Part shown: positions 29,547 through 37,189 of the stretch, piece by piece
How positions within the stretch are numbered: position 1 is the first letter of the stretch
How the letters are laid out: every line of letters starts with the position of its first letter
Virus record (IMG/VR): IMGVR_UViG_3300009168_000006
Coordinates: 1,015-65,014 of that record
From: a virus
Lineage: Duplodnaviria; Caudoviricetes
Direction: 5' to 3' (one strand)
Length of the DNA: 64,000 nt
Notes under the pieces: model-generated
The model's input: only the letters and a program-made list of their open reading frames with translations
The model's database searches: none
What the model was told of the DNA's origin: nothing
Program-made: the position numbers and the translations under genes

Positions 29547-32054
29547 ATGCCACTACCCGCCGGGCTGACTCCTTCCACGGGCGCGGACGGCGACCTCACG
29601 GTCGCCGGTACCCAGCGCCTCACCGGGGACAAGAACTACCGCACGTTGACCGTCCCCAACGGGGCGGTGGCCCAGTTCGACTCCGACGCCGTCATCGCCT
29701 CGAACACGCTGAACGTCCCGACCGGGGGGGTCGTGGAGTTCGTCCCGGCGGGCGGGGCGACCGGCACCGAGGGCGGGGCGGGCGGCGTCCCGGGCAACAA
29801 GAACGGCGGCGGGGGTGGGGGTGGGGGTGGCCACGGCGCCGCGGGGGCCAGCGGCGGGAACGGGACGGGCGGGACGGGTGGCGGGGGAGGAGGGACGCAC
29901 GACGCGCTCTCCCCCCTCACCATCAACGCCCGACCGCCTGCCTCCGCTCGGGGGGCATCCGGGGGACCAGGCGGCGCGGGCAAAGATAACACGCTGGACT
30001 ACGGCGACGGGAGCGGCGGGGCCTGGTTGGGCGGGGGCACCATCCCCAACGGCGTCCGCCAGTACACCACCTTCATCGTCCGCAACGGCGAGGTGGTGAC
30101 GGTCAACACCCCGGCGTGGCTCAAGGCCAACGGGTACTTCGACATCCAACCCGGGGCCGTCATCCAGGTGACGGGCGGCGACCCGCATGCAACCCCTTAC
30201 AAGGGAGGGGTCGGCGCTCAGCCCGGGGCCGGGCCTGGTTCTGGCGGTGGTGGCGGGGGCCACAGCGCGAACGGAACCGCGGGCGGCGGGGCGCCCAACG
30301 TCAACGGCGGGGCGGGCGGTGTCCCCTTCGACAACCTCTCGGGGTGGGCGCAGAACGACTACAGCCCCGCTCAGGGGGGCGCAGCCGGTGGGACTGGGGG
30401 GCAGGGGATCGCCGCCGGGGTGTACGGGGGAGACGGCTCCAACGGGGCCGGGGTGGCCGGGTCGGGCTACGACTACACCAACGGCACCTGGCAGTACACC
30501 ACCCTGACCATTAACAACGGGGCCGTCTTCGGGGGCACCTCTCACATCTACGTGCAAGGCGACCTCACGATCAACGGCGACTTCATCGGCAGTGGTCGGG
30601 GCCACGCGGGCGGGGTGCCGACCGCCGACAATGTTCCGGCGAGGACGCGGGGCGGCCCTGGACAGGGGCCTGGTGGCGGGCAGGGCGGGGAGAGCATCCA
30701 GGTCGCCGGGGGGTCTGGTGGGCAGGCTGCCGGTGGTGGTGGCGGTGGGCACGGCGGAACCGGGGGCGCGGGCGTCACGGTCACCCCGGGCGGTACGCCG
30801 TACTACGGCGGGGCCGGGGGCGCCGCCTACGACGCCGCCAGCACCTCCTCGCCACAGCCCGGCTCCGGTGGCGGGGCAGGGGGCGCGAACAACAACCCCG
30901 GCACTCGGAACGTGGGCGGGGCCGGTGGCCCTGGTGGAGCGTCGATCTACTTCCACGTCGGGGGCCGTGTCCTCGGCAACGGGCGGGTCTTCGCGGACGG
31001 CGGGGACGGGGCGCACGGGGTCAAGGGCGCGGGTCTAGGATCGGGCGCCGGGGGTGGTGGGGCGGGCGGCTTCATCCGGTGGGAGGCCACCGTGATGCAG
31101 TGCAGCATCGCCTGCTACGCCCGGGGCGGGCGCGGCGGCGACAGCGCCCCGCCGCCCAACGACTGGGCGCCGTCGCAGTCCTCCGGTGGCCCGGGGGGCG
31201 GGGGCGCGGGCGGGATCATCTACGTCTACTACGGACAGAACGCGGGCTTCCTCAGCGTGGCCGACACCTCCCCCGGCGGGGGCGGGATCACCGGCCAGGG
31301 CAACCCGATGGGGAACGGCACTCCCGGCAACGGCGGGCAGTGGTCGTACGCCCAGACCGCCCTCACCGCGGTCGCTGGCGGGGCGGCTGGTCTCGGGGGC
31401 GGGGTGCTCAAGCTGACGGCGCCCATCGTCCAGAACAACGGAACCGTGCGAGCGCGTGGTGGCGACGGAGGTCCGGGTGGCACCAATGGCAGCGTCGGCG
31501 GCGGCGGCGGAGGTGCGGGTGCTGGTGGCGCGGCCTGGCGTCAGGCCGAGGGCAATCAGGGAGGTGGCGCCTGGGACGTGGCGGCTGGGGCCGCCGGGGG
31601 CGGTGGCACCGGGGCCGGGCCGGGCGGCGCCGCGGCCGCGGGCCGCACTCGGAACGACGTGCTGCCCCTACAGACGACGGGTGGGGGCGCCGCTGGCCTT
31701 GGCGGCGCTGCTGGCAAACTCGTTTTCGGGCAGGCCCAGGTCAACGGCACCGTCCGCTGGAACGGGGCCGCCGGGCAGGCCGGGGCAACCGGCGCCGGGG
31801 GACGGGGCACGGGCGGCGGTGGAGGTGGTTCGGGCGGTGGCGGTTGGCTCGCAGGCGGATCGCTGGGCGGCGCTGGCGCGTTGCAGGCCCTTGGTGCTGG
31901 TGGCGGCGCCGCGGGCGGCCTCGCCGGGGCCGGGGGCACCGGGGGCCTCGGGCGGCTCCGCTTCGACGTCACCGCCGACGCCTTCACCGGGGCCAGGCAG
32001 GGCGTCGTGACGACCAAGGCGGCACCAGCGGGCGTCGTCCCGATGCTGGTCTAG
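29547..32054 (+). CDS. glycine-rich virion protein (835 aa)
   Basis: GGGGGGH/GGAGG repeats alternate with short beta segments (YTTLTINNG). Confidence 0.75.
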   Translation: MPLPAGLTPSTGADGDLTVAGTQRLTGDKNYRTLTVPNGAVAQFDSDAVIASNTLNVPTGGVVEFVPAGGATGTEGGAGGVPGNKNGGGGGGGGGHGAAGASGGNGTGGTGGGGGGTHDALSPLTINARPPASARGASGGPGGAGKDNTLDYGDGSGGAWLGGGTIPNGVRQYTTFIVRNGEVVTVNTPAWLKANGYFDIQPGAVIQVTGGDPHATPYKGGVGAQPGAGPGSGGGGGGHSANGTAGGGAPNVNGGAGGVPFDNLSGWAQNDYSPAQGGAAGGTGGQGIAAGVYGGDGSNGAGVAGSGYDYTNGTWQYTTLTINNGAVFGGTSHIYVQGDLTINGDFIGSGRGHAGGVPTADNVPARTRGGPGQGPGGGQGGESIQVAGGSGGQAAGGGGGGHGGTGGAGVTVTPGGTPYYGGAGGAAYDAASTSSPQPGSGGGAGGANNNPGTRNVGGAGGPGGASIYFHVGGRVLGNGRVFADGGDGAHGVKGAGLGSGAGGGGAGGFIRWEATVMQCSIACYARGGRGGDSAPPPNDWAPSQSSGGPGGGGAGGIIYVYYGQNAGFLSVADTSPGGGGITGQGNPMGNGTPGNGGQWSYAQTALTAVAGGAAGLGGGVLKLTAPIVQNNGTVRARGGDGGPGGTNGSVGGGGGGAGAGGAAWRQAEGNQGGGAWDVAAGAAGGGGTGAGPGGAAAAGRTRNDVLPLQTTGGGAAGLGGAAGKLVFGQAQVNGTVRWNGAAGQAGATGAGGRGTGGGGGGSGGGGWLAGGSLGGAGALQALGAGGGAAGGLAGAGGTGGLGRLRFDVTADAFTGARQGVVTTKAAPAGVVPMLV

Positions 32055-32064
32055 CCGGATAGAC

Positions 32065-32991
32065 ATGAACCGACAAGAGCACCACCACGCGCCCGTCCCG
32101 GGCGAACCGCAGCCGCTCAGCGGGCGGCGGCCCGTGGGCCGCCGCCGCAGCCAGAAGGGCGGGGGCGCCGGGTTCGTCACCGTCAACAACCGCCTCTTCG
32201 CCCCGCTCCAAGGACTGGCCGCGAACAACATCTTGCAGGGCGGGTACGGCTGGCTGGATAAGACGGATGGGGGGATGACGTACCACCCCGGCCTGGACTT
32301 GAACTCGGGAGGCTCCTGCAATGCGGACGAGGGGGCGGGCGTCGTGGCGCCGCTGGCGGGGATCGTCCGCGCCGTCTTCTACTGGAACGGCACCAGCATG
32401 GGGGAGGGCACCCACGCCTGGGTCGAACTCGACGACCCCTGCCTCCCCGGTGCTACCTGGTGGCACACCGACCACCTCCTGGACGTCTCGGTGGGCGTGG
32501 GGCAGCGCCTGGTTCCCGGTCAACCCATCGGCCTCTGCGGCCGGACGGGTGGGTGGGACTGCGCCCACGCCCACACCGAACTCCTGACCGGCCCGCCCGC
32601 GCAGGGCTACTGGCAGTGGCCGTACGGTTGGTCACGTGCCCAGGTCGAGGCGGCGTACTGGAGCCCGCGCACCTGGTGGGACGCGGCGACCGCGCTCGTC
32701 CTGGCCGAGGGCAACCAACCCATCCCCCCGGAGGTGGTCAAGGCGATGAGCGACTGGGAGTTGACCAACTACGTCCTGAAGCAGCTTTACGACTGGGCGG
32801 GGATCGCCTTCAACCCGGAGGGCGGGATGGCGAAGACCTGGGTGGCCGCCATGCGGGCGGGCCACTACCCGGGGCGCCCCCGGACGGACGACCGGCGCTA
32901 CGGAGAGGGCGAGGGGGACGGGTGGTGGGCCGAGTTCGAGAGCGGCCTGCTGATCTACAAGCGGGACGGCACCATGTCCTGGACGGGATGA
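32065..32991 (+). CDS. endolysin, M23 family peptidase
   Basis: YHPGLDLN (HxxxD), VSVGVGQRLVPGQPIGLCGRTG and AHAHTE (HxH); followed by membrane-protein genes. Confidence 0.8.
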   Translation: MNRQEHHHAPVPGEPQPLSGRRPVGRRRSQKGGGAGFVTVNNRLFAPLQGLAANNILQGGYGWLDKTDGGMTYHPGLDLNSGGSCNADEGAGVVAPLAGIVRAVFYWNGTSMGEGTHAWVELDDPCLPGATWWHTDHLLDVSVGVGQRLVPGQPIGLCGRTGGWDCAHAHTELLTGPPAQGYWQWPYGWSRAQVEAAYWSPRTWWDAATALVLAEGNQPIPPEVVKAMSDWELTNYVLKQLYDWAGIAFNPEGGMAKTWVAAMRAGHYPGRPRTDDRRYGEGEGDGWWAEFESGLLIYKRDGTMSWTG

Positions 32992-33203
32992 ACCCGAAGG
33001 TCAGGCTCTACCTGGCGTGGGCGCTGCTGGTGGGAAGCCTGATCCTCTGGCCGATCAGCATCTTCACCTTCGCCAAGTCGGAGCCTCCGGTGGTGCTGAG
33101 CCTGTCCTGGTTCGCCATCGCCCTCACCGCGTGGGACGTGGTGAGTACGGCGTCGGTGCGAGTCAAGCAGGAAGAGGAAGGGGACGAGGGGGGAGACGAA
33201 TGA
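32988..33203 (+). CDS. holin-like membrane protein (2 TM)
   Basis: ATGA overlap with the endolysin; two hydrophobic segments. Confidence 0.6.
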   Translation: MNPKVRLYLAWALLVGSLILWPISIFTFAKSEPPVVLSLSWFAIALTAWDVVSTASVRVKQEEEGDEGGDE

Positions 33204-33361
33204 GCATCTTCGTGGTGATCTGCTTCGCCGTGGCCGCCGTGCTCGCCGCCATCGCGGCGGCGTACCACCCGCCCGCCCCGCCCCGCTACAACCTACTGGC
33301 GGGGGCCGTGTTCTTCATGGCCCTGGCGTTCACCATCGAGCGCATCGCCCTCCCCGGATGA
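33200..33361 (+). CDS. small membrane protein (2 TM)
   Basis: ATGA overlap; MSIFVVICFAVAAVLAAIAA...LLAGAVFFMALAFTI. Confidence 0.6.
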   Translation: MSIFVVICFAVAAVLAAIAAAYHPPAPPRYNLLAGAVFFMALAFTIERIALPG

Positions 33362-33495
33362 AGAGGCCAGCCGAAGACGCCTTGTGGTTCGTGATCGGCT
33401 ACGCGGCCTGGGTCGTCGTCATCTCCTCGCTCTGGTGGCTGGGCTGCTGGCTCTGGGATCGCCTGCCCCGGTGGCGGCGCAACCAGTCCGGGTGA
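33358..33495 (+). CDS. small membrane peptide (45 aa)
   Basis: ATGA overlap; MKRPAEDALWFVIGYAAWVVVISSLWWLG...; overlaps the 433-aa ORF in another frame. Confidence 0.4.
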   Translation: MKRPAEDALWFVIGYAAWVVVISSLWWLGCWLWDRLPRWRRNQSG

Positions 33496-34685
33496 CCGTC
33501 TGCCACGCCGCGGGCGGGCGCTACACACCGTTGTCGCTGCCCCCGTCCGCGGCCGATGCACACCGCGCACACCCGCTCGACCTGTTCGATCCGCCCGGCG
33601 GGGAGTGCCCTACACTGGTGGCGACATGGACACCAACCCCGACCAACAGCCCGACCCCCAGCCCAGGTCCGACGCCGAGCGCGCCGCCTACGCCGAGCGC
33701 CTCGTCCTCGACACCGTCGCCCGGCTCAACGCCCAGCGAAACCCCGACCCCCCCGCCTTCGACCTCTCCGACCGGGTCACCAACCTCGTCGTCCACGCCG
33801 GGGACCACCTCTACTACTCCCGCCACGACAACGGCGCCGTCGAGTACCGCCTCATCGACCAGGACGGCTGCCACTACGCTACCTTCCACGGCCACGGCGA
33901 CCCCGCCAGCCCCGGCGAGTTCGTCATCGACGCCATCGCCTACCACCCCTCCCCAGACGGGGGGCGGCGGGTGCTGCCCGTTCGTCCCGAGCCGGACGCC
34001 CAGTCCGTCCCCGTCCCCCTCACCCTCAGCGCCTCCGTCCCCAATGCCGTCCACCAGTCCGGCACCCCCTACCACCTCTCCCTCACCCACGCCCACCAGC
34101 ACGGCCACGTCGGAGTCGGGGGCGACCGCTACACCCACGACCACCCCCACCCCCACGCCGGGGACGAGTTCTACCGAGCCGGAACTTTCGGCCACGCCAG
34201 CGACCCCCACACCCACGGCCACTGAGGCCGACGGTGATTCCGCTCCCGATCTGGCTGCGGATCAAACGCCAGCACCAACCCCATCGACCCCCGCTTCGAC
34301 CGATGCCGGACTACCAGATCGAGTCGCACCTGAGGCACGACTACCCGCGCCACCTCCCGTGGTGGTTACGGTGGTTGTCCTGGTTCCGGTGGAGGTGACC
34401 CGTGTGGTGGTGGAGGCGGCAGTACGTCCGCCTGCTGTGGTGGATGTACCGGCGCCCGATCACGGGCAACCCGGCCCTGAACGAAGTCCTGACCCTGCGA
34501 CTCCTACTCCTGGCCCTGTCCGTGATTGTGCTTGTGGAGACGCTGCTGCTGCTGGTGTCTCCCTGCGTGCCGCTCATGATCGGGTAGCGTGGCTGAGCAC
34601 CACGCTCAAAGCGACGATCCTGGGGGCGGCGGCGGTGGTGGGGGTGCTCCTCGGTATCCTCCGAGCGGCGACCGGACCGCGCTGA
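33384..34685 (+). CDS. secreted/membrane-anchored protein with P/T/S-rich stalk (433 aa)
   Basis: Signal-peptide-like RRHLLALVAGLLALGSPAPVAA, small VTVCH...HxxHxxD...C domain, long TPSP linker and C-terminal hydrophobic helix. Confidence 0.6.
   Translation: MVRDRLRGLGRRHLLALVAGLLALGSPAPVAAQPVRVTVCHAAGGRYTPLSLPPSAADAHRAHPLDLFDPPGGECPTLVATWTPTPTNSPTPSPGPTPSAPPTPSASSSTPSPGSTPSETPTPPPSTSPTGSPTSSSTPGTTSTTPATTTAPSSTASSTRTAATTLPSTATATPPAPASSSSTPSPTTPPQTGGGGCCPFVPSRTPSPSPSPSPSAPPSPMPSTSPAPPTTSPSPTPTSTATSESGATATPTTTPTPTPGTSSTEPELSATPATPTPTATEADGDSAPDLAADQTPAPTPSTPASTDAGLPDRVAPEARLPAPPPVVVTVVVLVPVEVTRVVVEAAVRPPAVVDVPAPDHGQPGPERSPDPATPTPGPVRDCACGDAAAAGVSLRAAHDRVAWLSTTLKATILGAAAVVGVLLGILRAATGPR
33605..34225 (+). 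CDS. His-rich hypothetical protein nested in an alternative frame
   Basis: 206 aa with complex composition and a C-terminal HAHQHGH...HDHPHPH tract; entirely inside 33384-34685. Confidence 0.45.
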   Translation: MPYTGGDMDTNPDQQPDPQPRSDAERAAYAERLVLDTVARLNAQRNPDPPAFDLSDRVTNLVVHAGDHLYYSRHDNGAVEYRLIDQDGCHYATFHGHGDPASPGEFVIDAIAYHPSPDGGRRVLPVRPEPDAQSVPVPLTLSASVPNAVHQSGTPYHLSLTHAHQHGHVGVGGDRYTHDHPHPHAGDEFYRAGTFGHASDPHTHGH

Positions 34686-34894
34686 TCGTCTTCCTGGTGC
34701 GGGAGGCGGTGGCGGTCGGCTTCGTCCTGATCTGGCTGGCGCTGCTGCTGGCGGACGTGGTGACCGAGAACTACCGCGTCCCCTTCTGGCTGAACACCGT
34801 GGGGATCGGCGTGCTGGCGTATGCGCTGGGACTCAACGCCGCCGACCTCGCGTCGTACCGGTCGTCCCTGCGCGCCAAGCGGCCGCCGGGGTAG
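34589..34894 (+). CDS. membrane protein (2 TM)
   Basis: ALIVFLVREAVAVGFVLIWLALLLA and FWLNTVGIGVLAYALGL. Confidence 0.6.
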   Translation: MAEHHAQSDDPGGGGGGGGAPRYPPSGDRTALIVFLVREAVAVGFVLIWLALLLADVVTENYRVPFWLNTVGIGVLAYALGLNAADLASYRSSLRAKRPPG

Positions 34895-34916
34895 TCGGGG
34901 GAGTACCCTACCCCCC

Positions 34917-35012
34917 GTGTGGGCCGAGGTGGGGCGGTGGCTGCGGCTCCTGTTCTGGATGCTGGTGGCCGTGTTCCTGATCTGGTTGGTGCTGACCGTG
35001 GGTCGGCCGTAG
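34917..35012 (+). CDS. small membrane peptide (31 aa)
   Basis: GGGGAG RBS and GTG start; a single hydrophobic helix. Confidence 0.45.
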   Translation: MWAEVGRWLRLLFWMLVAVFLIWLVLTVGRP

Positions 35013-35024
35013 AAGGAGTGAACG

Positions 35025-35885
35025 ATGCCAATCTCGCCGTCGCCCGGCCGGGGTGTCTCCACCGCGGGGATCGACAAGACCAGCGGCTGGGGGTCGAAGG
35101 ACGCGAACGGAAACCTGCTCGTCGGGCACGAGGCCGACCAGGGGATCAACCACATCGCCGGGCTGAGCGAGGGCGGGCTGGACACCTCGACCGCCCCGTA
35201 CGCCAGGCCCCTGGCCCCGACCGGGATGACCACCACCGCGGTGGCGGTGAACTGGCAGACCGTCCCCGCCTGCCCCGCCGGGACGATCAAGTACCGCCTC
35301 GCCGGGAGCACCGGGGCCTGGACGACCGTGGCCGAGGCGGCCGGGACGAAGACGGCGCACTCCATCCCCCTCTCCGGGTTGGCGGCGGCCAAGACCTACG
35401 AGTACCTCATCACCCAACCGTCCTGGATCGTGGGCGGGGTGGCCGTCGAGTTCGGCGGGCGCGTCCACACCACGGGCGGCACGGGCTTCGAGGAACCGGA
35501 GGGGGTGGTGGCCCCGCTGTCTAGCGGGCTAGACGGGGCGGCCACCCCGGTCCCCGCGCCCGCACCGGCTCCGGAGCCGACCGCCGAGGAGACCGGGAGC
35601 GCATCGGGGCTGGCCATCAGCGCCGTGACCCTCGACCCCGACCCCGAGGAGATCGTGGTGCTCTGGCGCACCGACGCCTACGCGGACGGGGTGGTGGAGT
35701 ACATCAACACGGCGACCAACGAGTCGCGCACCGCGACCGAGCCGGGGAACAAGCGGATGAACCACGAGGTGGTGCTGACCGGCCTCGAACCGGAGACCAC
35801 CTACCTGGTGCGGATCACCAGCACCGACGCGGCGGGCGACCAGGCGGTCAGCGGGCCGGAGGAGGTGACGACCCTGGCGCTGTAG
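35025..35885 (+). CDS. protein with two fibronectin type III-like domains
   Basis: VNWQT...HSIPLSGLAAAKTYEY and VLWRTD...HEVVLTGLEPETTYLVRITSTDAAG; AAGGAG RBS. Confidence 0.8.
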   Translation: MPISPSPGRGVSTAGIDKTSGWGSKDANGNLLVGHEADQGINHIAGLSEGGLDTSTAPYARPLAPTGMTTTAVAVNWQTVPACPAGTIKYRLAGSTGAWTTVAEAAGTKTAHSIPLSGLAAAKTYEYLITQPSWIVGGVAVEFGGRVHTTGGTGFEEPEGVVAPLSSGLDGAATPVPAPAPAPEPTAEETGSASGLAISAVTLDPDPEEIVVLWRTDAYADGVVEYINTATNESRTATEPGNKRMNHEVVLTGLEPETTYLVRITSTDAAGDQAVSGPEEVTTLAL

Positions 35886-36684
35886 CCTGCGCTACGCGCT
35901 CCAGGTCCGTCCACTCGTTGACGTAGGACTGGACGTCCGCGTTCCGCCAGGGGCGGGCGGGCAGGCGCATGTGGTGCCCGCCCTGCGTCCGCCCCAACAC
36001 CCGCCACCCCCGCATGGGGGCCAGGTCGGAGAGGAACCGCTTGAACGCCCCGTCGTTCCAGGCGGGCGACCAGGCCCCCGACCGGCAGACATGCACCCGG
36101 GTGAACGGCTCGCCAGAGGGGGCGACGATCTCGCCCCCCGTGTCCACCGCGCGCTTGGCGGTGAGCCAGTTCGCCTCCTGCTCCCGCATCCCCTTCCACC
36201 GGGGGTAGACCACCCGGTAGTCCACCCCGGAGAGCAGGTACTTCTCGGCCCAGTTGCCGCAGTCGAGCCGCTTGGGCAACTCGGGCGGGATAGACCGCCG
36301 CCAGCGGGGGTTGTCCGCCCAGTCGGACGGCCGGTTGTACCCGGCGTCGTGGTGGGCGTCCACGTTCACCACCTCGTCCACCCCGGTGGCGATGCGGTTG
36401 TGCCCCGCCATGACGTGGCTCTCGGACAGGAAGAGTTGGGCGTCCGGGGCGATCCGGCACCTGGCCCAGAAGCCCCCCTCCTCCCCGGTGGTGCCGGGGA
36501 GGGGCAGGCCCTGGCGGACGAACGAGGCGGCGCGGATCAGCCAGATGTCGAAGATGAAGAAGAGGGCCTCGCGGTGGCCCCAGTCGTAGAGCATCACCAG
36601 CTTGCGCTCCTCGTCCGTCTTCTCCTCGCACTCCAGGATGTTGCGGAAGAAGAAGTCCCAATCCACGGTGAGCAGCGCCGTCAT
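35848..36684 (-). CDS. UPF0489-like / arginase-fold metalloprotein
   Basis: LLTVDWDFF, ESH, VNVDAHHD, LDCGNW and VCRSGAWSP motifs; start ATG 36684. Confidence 0.65.
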   Translation of the reverse strand: MTALLTVDWDFFFRNILECEEKTDEERKLVMLYDWGHREALFFIFDIWLIRAASFVRQGLPLPGTTGEEGGFWARCRIAPDAQLFLSESHVMAGHNRIATGVDEVVNVDAHHDAGYNRPSDWADNPRWRRSIPPELPKRLDCGNWAEKYLLSGVDYRVVYPRWKGMREQEANWLTAKRAVDTGGEIVAPSGEPFTRVHVCRSGAWSPAWNDGAFKRFLSDLAPMRGWRVLGRTQGGHHMRLPARPWRNADVQSYVNEWTDLERVAQATAPGSSPPPAR

Positions 36685-36821
36685 CGGGTCACCGCCTGGT
36701 GGGCGCGGACGGCGTTCTGCGCCACCCGGTGCTCCTCCTCGTCGCGCCGCCACGCCTCGCTCCTCCCGAGGGCGAGGGGGAGGACGAAGACGAAGAGGGT
36801 GAAGATCAGCAGTTCAAGCAT
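36681..36821 (-). CDS. small membrane protein (46 aa)
   Basis: AAGGAGTACG RBS; MLELLIFTLFVFVLPLALG... Confidence 0.55.
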   Translation of the reverse strand: MLELLIFTLFVFVLPLALGRSEAWRRDEEEHRVAQNAVRAHQAVTR

Positions 36822-36848
36822 GCGCGTACTCCTTTGGTGTCTATCCGA

Positions 36849-37160
36849 CTAGTCGGGATCGTTTCCCTCGATCCACTCGGCGCAGGCCCGTTGGACGGCC
36901 CGCACCAGGTCGCGGTCGTGCTTCCAGTTGCGCCGGAATACGCCCAACCGCACGGCCTTGAGGAAGGCCCCGGCCGTGCCCCAGTACCAACTCCGTTGGC
37001 GGTCGGTCAGCGCCTCGGTGGTCTGGGGCCGGTCGTCCTCCATCGCCTCGGCCAGCTTGCGGAGCAGGCGCTCCTCCCGCCCCTCTGGGGGGGACGGGAC
37101 CGGCGGGGGCTTGCGCCGCTTCCGGCGCACCCCCGCGCGGATGTCTTCGGGATCACTCAC
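36849..37160 (-). CDS. hypothetical basic protein (103 aa)
   Basis: GTG after an AAAGGAGTACG RBS, directly downstream of the array. Confidence 0.65.
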   Translation of the reverse strand: MSDPEDIRAGVRRKRRKPPPVPSPPEGREERLLRKLAEAMEDDRPQTTEALTDRQRSWYWGTAGAFLKAVRLGVFRRNWKHDRDLVRAVQRACAEWIEGNDPD

Positions 37161-37189
37161 GGCGTACTCCTTTCTCTTCCACCGGATGG

